Under the pieces are notes generated by a model. The model saw only the letters and a program-made list of their open reading frames with translations. It ran no database searches and was not told the origin of the DNA. The translations under genes were made by a program, and so were the position numbers. A DNA stretch of 64,000 bases from Octopus sinensis (Eukaryota). Of the stretch, positions 52,948 to 64,000 are shown piece after piece (within the stretch, counting starts at the first letter, position 1; every line of letters begins with the position of its first letter). The DNA lies in assembly GCF_006345805.1 (NCBI RefSeq), contig NC_043015.1, positions 35,464,001 through 35,528,000 on the forward strand, written 5' to 3'.

Positions 52948-53425
52948 TACATGGTGCGTAAGATATTTGAGCACAGATTTAGGTTTATAAAAAGAAAGCA
53001 TATAATAACAAATAATAACTTTATCAAAAAATTCTATGAATATAAAAAAAAAACCTGTTATAAAGTTATTCAATAAAAACAGCTGCTTCTATATGAGATC
53101 TAAATGCTCGAATCATGTGGTCCCGGTTCATTTTGGACATTACTCTGACTATAGCAGCACTCAAAGAATCTTTGGTGTTATGGACATGTTCCTTAACCTC
53201 TCTCTCAACAACGCTCGACATGTAACAGTCCAATGGATTGAGATATGGGAAATTAGAAGGCCAAATGTTAGGGGTTATGTGATCATGAAAATTTTCAGCC
53301 ATTCATTCCTATGCTACTAGAGCCATGTGAGATAGTGCAGAGTCTTACTGAAACACATATGGCCTTCCATTGCATACACAGTCTATCTACGGCTTAATCA
53401 TTTCCAGGACTTCAATGTAGGCGGC
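52948..53425 (-). mobile_element. DD37D (maT-type) transposon 3' relic with putative TIR next to TA
   Basis: GRPYVFQ*DSALSH...MAENFHDHITPNIWPSNFPYLNPLDCY; 37 residues between the second and third catalytic Asp by manual count. Confidence 0.85.
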
Positions 53426-53427
53426 AG

Positions 53428-53540
53428 AGTTGAATTCCAGTGCGTATTTTATTGATTTCTTTTGCTGAACCGCTAGCAAACGGGGATGTAAACACACCAA
53501 CTCTTGTTTTCAATATGTGCTGGGGGACAAAGATGCACGC
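53428..53540 (-). mobile_element. SINE family A fragment
   Basis: ttttgctgaaccgctagcaaacggggatgtaaacacacc...gggggacaaa. Confidence 0.6.
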
Positions 53541-54130
53541 ACACACACACACACACATATATATATGCTTACAAACACACACACACACACACAAGCCTAT
53601 ATACGCACATGCAAAGTTTACAGAAGCGCCAGTGCACACGTGGATTAATTCTTACGCATGTATGTTTGTCATTATTCACTTTTATTTCAAGATTTTTTTG
53701 CCAGTAGAGAAAGAACCGGGTTCTAACCTAGATCCAAAGTGTCTTCATTGAAATTTCAACATCCCGTATAATAAAAACAATTTTACATTAATCTCTTGGG
53801 TTAATCTAATGTGCCGTAGTCCGACGATAGGTTAGCTGGCCGAAACTGCAAAGTTACTTTCAACAAAATTTTTGTATAAGAATCTGTGTCCGTCCGTCCA
53901 CACATATATATGGTTATTAAGTGATACAGACCTGCATAAATAGCCAGCCACTGTATCGCTTTATGTTTATTTATCTGTGTCTTGTTATGCCATTTATAAC
54001 ATTCCTGTTTATATAGCTTTCAACGTTAAGCATGCATACTGACATGTATCGACTTGGTATATTTTACAACCACAAACTCACTTATATTCATCCACTCACA
54101 CATTCCCATCTACATCTTCGTGTTTGTGTC

Positions 54131-54176
<46 letters not shown>

Positions 54177-54398
54177 TAGATGCGTGTATAAATGTGTATA
54201 TATTGATGATGCCAATATCATTTTAAAATTGCCGATGGTGATATTTCACTCTTTCACGCTTTCATGCTTATTACTTCCTCTTTAATAAAGTCGCAAAATA
54301 TCACGTCTTTATACACATGTATATATGTATGTATGTACATATATATTTATATACATACCATATATGTACATATATTTGTGTGTGTGTGTATGCAAATA

Positions 54399-54441
<43 letters not shown>

Positions 54442-54504
54442 TACGCGCACACATGCATGTATAAATACATATCTTTATATATACATACATATATATGCAT
54501 ACAA

Positions 54505-54600
54505 GAGATAAGATCCGGTCTAGCTCGGAAGTGGTAAATATATCCAAGCGCGCTCCATACTGCAGGCTACTCGTCAGGCTAAGGGCATATTGATTAAATA
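54505..54600 (-). other. Second copy of the 29.0-kb hammerhead-relic repeat
   Basis: Shares cctgacgagta.c...gct.ggatat.tta.cacttc.gag with 29008-29100; GAAAC partly deleted. Confidence 0.4.
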
Positions 54601-54644
54601 AAAGTTTACATTGTTGCAAGGAGGCACGTGTCTACACATGTATG

Positions 54645-55032
54645 GTATGGAAGCACTCCGTCGGTTACGACGATGAGGGTTCCGGTTGATCCGAATCAAC
54701 GGAACAGCCTGCTCGTGAAATTAACGTGTAAGTGGCTGAGCACTCCACAGACACGTGCACCCTTAACGTAGTTCTCGGGGATATTCAGCGTGACACAGAG
54801 AGTGACAAGGCCGGCCCCTTGAAATACAGGTACAACAGAAACAGGAAGTAAGAGTGAGGGAAAGTTGTGATGAAAGAGTACAGCAGGGATCACCACCATC
54901 CCCTGCCGGAGCCTCGTGGAGCTTTTAGGTGTTTTCGCTGAATAAACACTCACAACGCCCGGTCTGGGAATCGAAACCGCGATCCTATGACCGCGAGTCC
55001 GCTGCCCTAACCACTGGGCCATTGCGCCTCCA
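54645..55032 (-). mobile_element. tRNA-derived SINE family B, tail type 2
   Basis: Head and body nearly identical to 15050-15225; 3' part unrelated, with stem-loop gttcc-g-gttgat/atcaac-ggaac. Confidence 0.9.
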
Positions 55033-55822
55033 CCTACACATGTATATACTTATATATACATAGATACATACATATATACATACGTGTGTGTGTGTGTGTG
55101 TGTGTGTGTGTAACGGAAGAAAGACTAAACCATAGATATACCGTTTATGTGTCTGTGCATTTTCGTAAACATACGCGTAATCTAACGATCCTGCTGCCGC
55201 TCTTCGGTCCCTTTTCAATCCTTTCTGTCCTTCAACTCCCCTCGATAACATTGTTCAGCATTTAATACATTCGGGATTGCGTCGCTGAACGTGTCTTTCC
55301 TTTCTGGGCAGCAAAGGATATGTCTTGAAATATATTCTGTATGTGTCTGTTATTGGACAGCTCTTCAGCAAAGCTCCAAATGTAATGTAAGAGAGATCAC
55401 GCCACAAACTCTTCATATAATCGAAAATGAATTTTAAAATTTGCTCAGTTTCAATACACATTGAGATATCGATACCATTTTATATTATTGATGTCGTTCC
55501 TTGAGGTGAGTTTTGATCTGTTTATTCTTTCGTGGTTAATTGGACAATGAATATCCAGATTTTCGGTATTTTGTCACATCCTCTTTATATCTTAGTTCGA
55601 AACTTGTATAGATCAACTGGGGGCGATAAATGCCCCTCGGTTCACACGGTATTCAGTCAGCTCCGCTTAACATTGGTGTCGTTTTGGTTGTTGACTAATT
55701 AGCATTTCTGCTTCTGTTTTTCAGAGGTTTCAACGCTTGGGATTCAGAAGTGCACGTTTCCGACCAGATAGCATAAACACATGGAGTCCTGAAATGACTG
55801 CTTCTGCTGAATTAACTGACAT

Positions 55823-55853
<31 letters not shown>

Positions 55854-57048
55854 GGAATAATTTGTGAGTGATGGACCCTTGATGAAATTGCAACGACTAG
55901 AATGCATAATTGCATATAAAGCAACGTGCAATCAATGCAGTTGAAACATATGTGGGTCAGATGTATATGCTGTAGAAAATTTTCAAATATAGGAATTTTG
56001 GGATATGAATGAAATCTTCCCTCTTCTATTCGCTATCTATATATTATGTATATATATATATATATATATATAGCTAAATTAGAAAACAGTATGCATACAT
56101 ACGTACGAGTGTATGTTTATATGTATGAAGATGTATATAAATGCAGATATGTGTGTGTGTGCATGCAAACACACACACACACACATATATATATGTATAT
56201 ATGTGTGTGAGTGTGTGTGTATCGACCCTTGTGTCTCCTCGTAACGTCCACCAATTTTGAATTCTCTATATACATACATACACGTATATATGCACACACA
56301 CACACACATACACACACATATATGTATGTATAAAATGCTTAACCATGTAGTGACACACATGCATTGATGTGTTAGTGCCTGTGTGCATGTGTGTCTTTAA
56401 CATGTAGCAACATTGTGGACGGAAGTGCATATATCCTACGTGGTTACACATCGAACGACAATGTATCACATAACATCATCATTGACGGCATATCTGCAGT
56501 TATTGATTTCCGATTAGAAATATTATTAATGATTATTACTGTCGCATAGATGAAAGCCAGGTCATCGCTGCTGCTGCTGTTGCTATAAAATCGCTACTGC
56601 TGCGGCTGCTGCTGTTACTGTTTCTGCTAGCGCTACAGCAGTTGTTATTGTTTACACTCCTCTACGTTCACCTGCGATGAACTGATTTATGCTGACATGC
56701 GTTCGAAGCTGTGGACTTCCATTTATTTTAGCAAAATGTATCTAGGAATCTATGAGTGGTTTGTGGATGCGTAAGAGCAATTTTGTTGTTGTCATGAGCA
56801 ATAAAGAATTTGAGGTTTTCATTCCTTATCATTTGAATGAGGAAGGAAAATTAATGAAGACAGATTGATTGTAGGATTCTTAAATGAAGTGACATCACAC
56901 GTCTGGAGACTTCGGTCGAATCTACATCGGTATAAAGCAATGATTAACACTGCAGGCGTTTTCCTACATCAAATAACAGGCGGACATAATTAGTAAATTT
57001 TAAGTAAAACATGCGCGTGTGAACACAGTATATAAGATTATAAATAAC

Positions 57049-57113
<65 letters not shown>

Positions 57114-57114
<1 letters not shown>

Positions 57115-57583
57115 GGGATCGCCTTAAAGCCTTGAAACTTTACTCCCTCCAGCGTCGCCGTGAGCGGTACATCATTTGTACGATGTGGAAAATATACCGC
57201 CAACTTTGCCCAAACGACCTAAACATTAGCTTCAAGGTTCATCCAAGACTTGGACCACGGGCCATACGTCCCCTGCCCAATTCAAGATCACAACATACAT
57301 GTACACTGCAACATAATTTGTTTTCCTCAACAGGCCCTGCCCTATTTAACATTGTCCCGAGGGAGATCAAAGACGAAAAGGATCCCATCAATTTTAAACG
57401 GAGTCTGGATAGATTCCTTCAAGTTAAGCCAGCCATAATTGGATACAACTCACCCAACAAAAACTCACTACTTGAATGGACCATAAACAAAACTTGATTT
57501 AAACAGGATTCAAATAATCCTATCAGGTGGTGCTATAAAGTTAGACATGGCCTGGACCAATCTTTGGTCGAAACATATCTAAG

Positions 57584-57588
<5 letters not shown>
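57114..57588 (+). mobile_element. CR1/L2-group LINE 3' end (ORF2 C-terminus plus 3'UTR stem-loop)
   Basis: WDRLKALKLYSLQRRRERYIICTMWKI...GPALFNIVPREIK...FKRSLDRFL. Confidence 0.85.
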
Positions 57589-57624
<36 letters not shown>

Positions 57625-58703
57625 CGTGTGTGTGCGTGCGTGTGTATATGTATATATATATATATGTGTGTGTGTGTATATATATATGTATATATATATG
57701 CGTGTGTGTGTGTGTGCGTGTATATGTATATATATATATATGTGTGTGTGTGTATATACGTATATATATATATGTGTGTATGGAGGAAGTGAACTTATCA
57801 TTGGCAAAGTTTGGGAGGAGTTGATGTGTTTGTGTGTATAATATATTGGGTTTGAGGGATCAATCTATCCATGCCCCACTGGCCATTCCCCTCTATTTCT
57901 GCATCTAACCTTCACCGCTTGACCCCCATTGCTAAATATTCTACATTTTCAGTTCCTATTATTCATCTTTTCCATTCACATTCCCTTTCCAACTTCCCAT
58001 TTTGCCAGAACACACACACAAACAAACAACACTGCACAAAATGACCAACCCTCAAGAAATGATTCCAAAACCAGCTTCTAAAATTGATTGCCAACTCATT
58101 GTTCTGTGCGAGCTTTTCGCAGAATATATTTCCTGTTCTCAAAAATGAGTTTTTTTCATCAAATTAGAACTACCAAGTGTAACCACTGCACTACATATGC
58201 GTATATATGAGTGGAACAACGAAAGAAGGGGGCATTCAACACATTACATATATTTACATATATTTTTGGACCAGAGTTCGATTCGGTTCTATGCAGCATA
58301 AACATTCGTAGACTCATCAAACGAACCTATCTCACCAAGTTCAATGAACATTATGTGCTAGGTTTATATAACTTATTTGGCGAGCCTACGAAAATTTAAT
58401 TTGCATGAGGCCTCATCAATCATTTGCGAAAAGAGTTTCACGAACTGTTCATCAGAGTTACGTATAATCGTTTATCAGAAAATACTAATAATATAGACTC
58501 TGTATTATTATATCTGTGAACGTTTGAGTAACACTTTGTCAGAAATTGTTTTTAGCTTTAACAAAACAGTATTTTGCTTCACTTTTGTTATTCAAGTACA
58601 CTTTTTTCTCACATTGTTTTACACCTGAAAGTTTACTTTTGTGTCTGTGCATCTACGTGCTTGCGTCTATATATTTATATATATATATAAATATATATAT
58701 ATT

Positions 58704-59360
58704 ATGTAATGATAGGAATGGTATTTGCCCACTCTATAGGAACAAGTCATGGAACACTATAGAAAGGACAAAAAAGAAAATAGGGAAGGCCAACTCTTGG
58801 TATGATAGCCATAAATACCAGAGTGTCATGTTCGTTGACACCACCCCTGGAGGTGAACTGGCGTATCGCTTTAGAAGGACCCTAGACAAACATAAGCTAA
58901 GAATTAAGGTTGTTGAAAAGCCAGCAACCCTATCAAATCTATAATTGTTAGAACCTATCCTTTTAGTAGACCCCCCTGTACGGATAAGTACTGTACTGTA
59001 TGTAGATTTAGCCCACAAACAAACTGTAAAACCAGAAATGTAGTCTATAGTATAAGATGTATAGAGGGACGATGCAGTAACAAGAGAACGACATACGTAG
59101 GGGAAACGGCAAGAAGCATAGGAAAGAGGGTAAATGGGCATTGGAGACAACTCAAGGAAGGTAAAAGCTCATCGATTCTGTACCAACACGCCGAACAAGA
59201 ACACGGGGGATCAATCAATAACATAGAAATTAAAATATTATCCACACATAGATCAGATGCAACAATTAGACAAATTACAGAAGCTACACACATAATAGAA
59301 AATAAACCTAGCCTGAATAGAAAACTAGAATGGAGCACTAACACACACCACAACATATGA
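58704..59360 (+). mobile_element. Penelope-like element (family 2) ORF 3' part: RT thumb region, Cys-rich linker and GIY-YIG endonuclease; one frameshift near 58930
   Basis: PLYRNKSW...WYDSHKYQSVMFVDTTPGGELA...IKVVEK; CTDKYCTVC...CKTRNVVYSIRC...TYVGETARSIGKRVNGH...IRQITEA..I...KPSLNRKLEW. Confidence 0.9.
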
Positions 59361-59445
59361 CGATAGAGGATCCTGAAAACATAATAAATACACAGATAAA
59401 TAAATAAACTAATAGAATTAAATAATTATATGTATATATATATGT

Positions 59446-59725
59446 ATGTATATATATATATTTTTTTTTTCGATTCAATTTATTATTACTAGTATTGTTA
59501 TACATACATGCATACATACAAGCATATGTATATGTATATATATATATTTTTTTTTTCGATTCAATTTATTATTATTATTACTAGTATTGTTGTTATACAT
59601 ACATACATACATACATACAAGCATATGTATATGTATATATATATATATTTTTTTTTTCGATTCAATTTATTATTATTATTACTAGTATTGTTGTTATACA
59701 TAGATACATACATACATACAAGCAT
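59446..59725. repeat. Three tandem copies of an 86-101 bp microsatellite-containing unit
   Basis: cgattcaatttattatt...actagtattgtt at 59471, 59557 and 59658. Confidence 0.9.
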
Positions 59726-60002
59726 ATGTAATGATAATAATGGGTGGATGTAAACACATGAACAAAATAAGAATAAACAAAAACAACAAAAACAAAAAAC
59801 ACAAAACAAAATGCAAAATACAAATTACATGAACATATATAAACAGAAGATACAAATATTACAGGCATCCCCCACATACACACACTAAATAAACATAAAC
59901 GCACATAGAGATATAAGCATGCGCAAATGAAGACATACAATATAAATACAAAATGGCTGACGGTTAGTAAGGAGAGACACAAATAAGTAAGAAGAAAGCA
60001 AA

Positions 60003-60047
60003 GGACCACTGATGCGGTCACAGGAGTGTGACGAAAGAACTCTGGCC
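60003..60047 (+). ncRNA. Degenerate type I hammerhead (A9 to C) downstream of the PLE ORF
   Basis: GGACCA CTGATGC G GTCACA ggag TGTGAC GAAA G aa C TC TGGCC. Confidence 0.4.
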
Positions 60048-60230
60048 GAAATAAGATTAAGATTAATGTAAAAAATAAATAACACTGAAGCAAAGTAACA
60101 CCAAATATATAGTGCGTGTGTTTTTATTGGCTAAACTGGCAAAATGACCATTCCGAAATACAACAATATCTGTTTCAACACACGACTTCACATAAAAAAA
60201 ACTTGCACAACAAATATTTAAACGTATATT

Positions 60231-60264
<34 letters not shown>

Positions 60265-60983
60265 CATATATATTAATCTATATTTATATTTATATATATT
60301 TATATATATATATTAGAAAAACAGAAGAAAAAAGGAAGGAACGAAAACATATATATCAAAATATAAAACATGCATATATATTCATAAACACACACACGCA
60401 CGTTTCTATATATCTTTGTGTAAACACACAAACATACAACTCAAACACTTGTATTTCTACATATCTATCTCCCCTCCCTTCCTCAATCCATCCATCCATC
60501 TCTCTCTCTCACTCTCGCTCTCTCACTCTCAGCATATACACACACTTGCTGATTTTATACCTTCTATATCTAAATACACTGGCTCAACAGCAACAGTCGT
60601 CGGTTAAATATGATGGAATCATCAATGAAAGGAGACGATTTTCTCCATTCCTCTTCATGTTGTCGATTACTCTAGATTTCATGAAATTCTTCTGAGCGAG
60701 ATTTGGATTTACAAGTGATGCATGTGGAATTGCGTTGGATGTTAATTCGATTGGAATTTATTGGTATCCGATTGTTTGTAATGGTTAACCAAGTTTGCTG
60801 AACACTGAGTACTTTCTAGATACGTGCCTGGATGTATTAAGACATTTTACCTACACACACACACACGCATATATATATATATATATATAAAATATTATTA
60901 GAGACAAAACCACTATTTTGCAAAACAAACAAGGAAAGACTTAATCAATACATAAAATTTTAATAAATAGTCAAAAAAAACCG

Positions 60984-61026
60984 CCACTACAATCGTTTCT
61001 TGTCTTGATCGACAATCTTCAGGTGG
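60984..61026 (-). ncRNA. Type I hammerhead ribozyme, mirror copy
   Basis: Exact reverse complement of 61075-61117. Confidence 0.7.
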
Positions 61027-61074
61027 ACTTCCAATAAGTCAGTTTCAAAAATTTGAAACTGACTTATTGGAAGT

Positions 61075-61117
61075 CCACCTGAAGATTGTCGATCAAGACA
61101 AGAAACGATTGTAGTGG
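61075..61117 (+). ncRNA. Type I hammerhead ribozyme
   Basis: CCAC CTGAAGA TTGTC gatcaa GACAA GAAAC gatt GTA GTGG; predicted cleavage after 61113. Confidence 0.7.
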
Positions 61118-61299
61118 CGGTTTTTTTGACTATTTATTAAAATTTTATGTATTGATTAAGTCTTTCCTTGTTTGTTTTGCAAAATAGTGGTTTTGTCTCT
61201 AATAATATTTTATAATATTTTACTATAAAATTGGATTTAATCCTAAATCTGATTTTTTTTCCTGTAAATTTGGATTTATTCCCTAATATTTATTATTTA

Positions 61300-61335
<36 letters not shown>

Positions 61336-61424
61336 ATATATATATATTTATACATGCCTGTATGTGTATGTATACACACACACATGAACACACGTGTGTA
61401 TATATATATATATATATATGATAG

Positions 61425-61585
61425 ATCGTTAGCCACTACGCACATTTTTTCTCTCCTTGTCTTTTTCTGTGTCCCTTTCTGTAGAAGAGCTCGAAACGTA
61501 AAAGATTTTTTCTACTCCCGAGTGTTATACTAATACATCTGTTTGTTTTCAACACTACCTGTCTTCGTCTTTTGTTTTTTTCGTA
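61425..61585 (+). repeat. Dispersed pLTR-like repeat, homologous to 27890-28080 and 28445-28635 (opposite strand)
   Basis: Shared ctttctgt.gaaga...gaaacgtaaa.g...atactaataca...gtcttcgtcttttgttt. Confidence 0.7.
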
Positions 61586-61960
61586 AGCTCTCCCTATATA
61601 TATATATATTATATATATATATATAATATATATATTATATATATATATATGTGTGTGTGTATATATATACAGACACACAAACATATGTCAATGTTTGATT
61701 GGATGTCTATACGTATGTACTCAGACAGATATCAACACACACACACACACACATTATATATATATATTTGAGTAGTTGAATGAATTATCTTATTATGGAT
61801 AATTCGGTTAACCGATATCTGGGTAGCAAATTCACGTCAGAAAAACACGGTTGAAGCTACATGCCAAGGGCAGAAATCACGTGCTTTCGTGTGGAAATTT
61901 GTGTGTTTTTTTAATACAAATAAATGAAAGAATGGAGTTGAACGACGAATTAACAAAATT

Positions 61961-62054
61961 CCTTTATTCTCGACATATGTTTCGAAGGTGCATATTCGTA
62001 ATTTCGAAGGAATAAGGGGTGCATTATGCCGCCTTCTCATCAGGAAAAACAAGG
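61961..62054 (-). ncRNA. Type I hammerhead ribozyme with canonical core and extended helix II
   Basis: Reverse complement CCTTGTTTTTC CTGATGA GAAGG (43 nt) CCTTC GAAAC ATAT GTC GAGAATAAAGG. Confidence 0.78.
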
Positions 62055-62135
62055 AACTTATGTCAGCATCAAGATGAACAAAAAATTTTAGATGACTGCC
62101 CACACGGAGCCCATAGCGATAATGAGTGTTTCTTT

Positions 62136-62204
62136 AAAACATTCCGTTATAAGCAGTGACGTCAAAAACGGTTTTTGACGTCACTGCTTAAAACGGAATA
62201 TTTT
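62136..62204. repeat. 69-bp palindrome (34-bp arms, 2 mismatches, 1-nt centre)
   Basis: aaaacattccgttataagcagtgacgtcaaaaac g gtttttgacgtcactgcttaaaacggaatatttt. Confidence 0.95.
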
Positions 62205-62482
62205 TTGCCGAACAGCTATGTTACGGGGACGTAAATCCACCAGCATCGGTTGTCAAGCGACGACAGAGGAGACAAACACAGACAAACATACACACATGCA
62301 TATATACAAATATATACGACGATCTTCTTTCAGCTTCCGTCTACCAAATCCACTCACAAGGCTTTGGTTGGTCCGAGGCTATAGTAGAAGACACTCGCCC
62401 AAGGTGCTACGCAGTGGGCCTGAACCCGGAACCATGTGGCCATAAAGCAAGCTACATACCACACAGCCACTCCTGCGCCTAT
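62202..62482 (-). mobile_element. SINE family A, 3'-truncated
   Basis: Head ataggcgcaggagtggctgtgtggtatgtagcttgc; body matches 45580-45848. Confidence 0.88.
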
Positions 62483-63174
62483 AAGTAATAGTTTATATGT
62501 ACTTATGTGTACGTGCGCGCGCACACACACATATATGTGCGTGTGTGTGCGTGTGCTTGTTTGTGTACGTGTGTGTATGTGCGTGTGCATATGTGTGTAC
62601 GCGTGAGAGTGTGTGTGCGTTACTGTGTATGTGTGTGTATGTATGTATACACTCATTAATACACATACGCTCGTGCACATATATACTCTTTAAAAATCAT
62701 AATTATCCCAAGTTTAGTCATTTGTTGACTTTCCAATCAATACACAAAACCAGATTTTCCCATTAGCTAGAATTTCTCTCTCTCTCTTTCTCTCTAGCGA
62801 TCTGTCTGTCTATACACATAACCACTTTATTTATATACCCACCACATATGCGTGCATACACAAATACACACATGCACATACACTCAACTGCATACACGCA
62901 CGCACACACACACTAACATGCACACACACACACACTCACATGCACACACATACATATGTACATCCGTAGTCACATACATAGACAAACGTCGTCATATTGC
63001 TAAGTGATTAAGAATTTCGTTACCCAACCACACTCGGATTAAACACCTCAGCGTGGACCCTTGCAGAAATATGTTCTACTAAAGCCTCCCGATAGCCAAA
63101 GCCTTCTGAATGGACTTGCTTAACGGAAACTGTACATACATACTTACATACATACATACACACACGTTATGTTC

Positions 63175-63205
<31 letters not shown>

Positions 63206-63514
63206 GTATTTTTGTACTTATATTCGTGTAACATCGTCTGTTTTTCCGTCCTTGTTTTCGTATACATTCGATGCTATTTTTCCAAGGAATCTAACGCTCT
63301 TAGCTTAGTTTTTCGTAGGGGCTGGTCAGATTGGAGCAATCTCAAGATTAATCAGCCGAAATTGCGAGGATGATCCGGTTCTTGACTGAGGATAAAAAGC
63401 TTCGAATGCACGTCCTTGTTTTTTTGTATCGTCTATCTGGATGTATTGTTGTCCCTTTTGTATCATTTAGTTGTTCGGATGTTTTGCGTTCTTGTGTGTG
63501 TATATATATATATC

Positions 63515-63925
63515 GGCGCATAGGTGGCTGTGTGGCAAGTAGTTTGCTTTCCAACCACATGGTTCCGGATTCAGTCTCAATGCGTGTCACCTTGGGCAAG
63601 TGTCTTCTACTATAGCCTCGGGCAGACCAAAGCCTTGAGAGTGGATTTGGTAGACGGGAACTGAAAGAAGCCTGTCGTATATATATATATATATGCTTTT
63701 ATATATGGGTGTGTATATGTTTGTGTGTCTGTGTTTGTTCCCCCAACATCGCTTGACAACCGATGGTGTTATGTTTATGTCCCCGTAACTGAGCAGTTCG
63801 GCAAAATAATTCGATAGAATAAGTTCTAGGCTTACAAAGAATAAGTCGTGGGGTCGATTTTCTCTACTAAAAGCGGTGCTCCAGCATGGCCGCTGTCAAA
63901 TGACTGAAACAGGTAAAAGAGTGTA
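63515..63925 (+). mobile_element. Full-length SINE family A
   Basis: Colinear with the reverse complement of 45450-45848. Confidence 0.9.
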
Positions 63926-64000
63926 TATATATATATACATATACTCTCATACATACATAGAAGAAGCAGAAAGATATTTTTTTCAACACGTAAATACTGA

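Larger units (their letters stand above)
60886..61214. repeat. Near-perfect 329-bp palindrome (164/163-bp arms, 2-nt centre)
   Basis: The only difference I found between the arms is one base in an A8/T7 run. Confidence 0.97.

Noticed and set aside
55255-55461. 68-aa minus-strand ORF, and a nearby + strand donor/acceptor pair (55506-55724)
   Set aside because: No recognisable homology, and no continuous open frame across the putative intron
57540-57588. GACC/GGTC-GAAAC stem-loop as a hammerhead
   Set aside because: No CUGANGA; better explained as the LINE 3'UTR stem-loop

Overview
Repeat-saturated, AT-rich animal genomic DNA. The SINE families and extreme microsatellite density look like an octopus/cephalopod genome (inference, not verified). 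I found no recognisable host protein-coding gene; the long ORFs in the track come from tandem repeats or decayed transposons. The window opens with a subtelomere-like block: about 3.4 kb of 34-bp satellite, a 15-bp G-rich array, degenerate TTAGGG repeats, then a 100-N gap. The remainder holds relics of R4/Dong-like RLE retrotransposons, CR1/L2-group and RTE LINEs, Penelope-like elements (PLEs, GIY-YIG), mariner and DD37D DNA transposons, and three tRNA-derived SINE families. The most interesting signal is a set of type I hammerhead ribozyme (HHR) motifs read directly from the sequence. Three loci have complete cores: 23015-23062 with a U3-A8 compensatory core, a mirrored pair inside a near-perfect 329-bp palindrome at 60886-61214, and a canonical GUC hammerhead with a long helix II at 61961-62054. 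Several more are decayed, and most cluster around a PLE ORF at 58.7-62.2 kb. A pre-miRNA-like 28-bp hairpin (37874-37937) and a SINE/RTE shared 3' tail also merit follow-up. All alignments and folds were done by eye.
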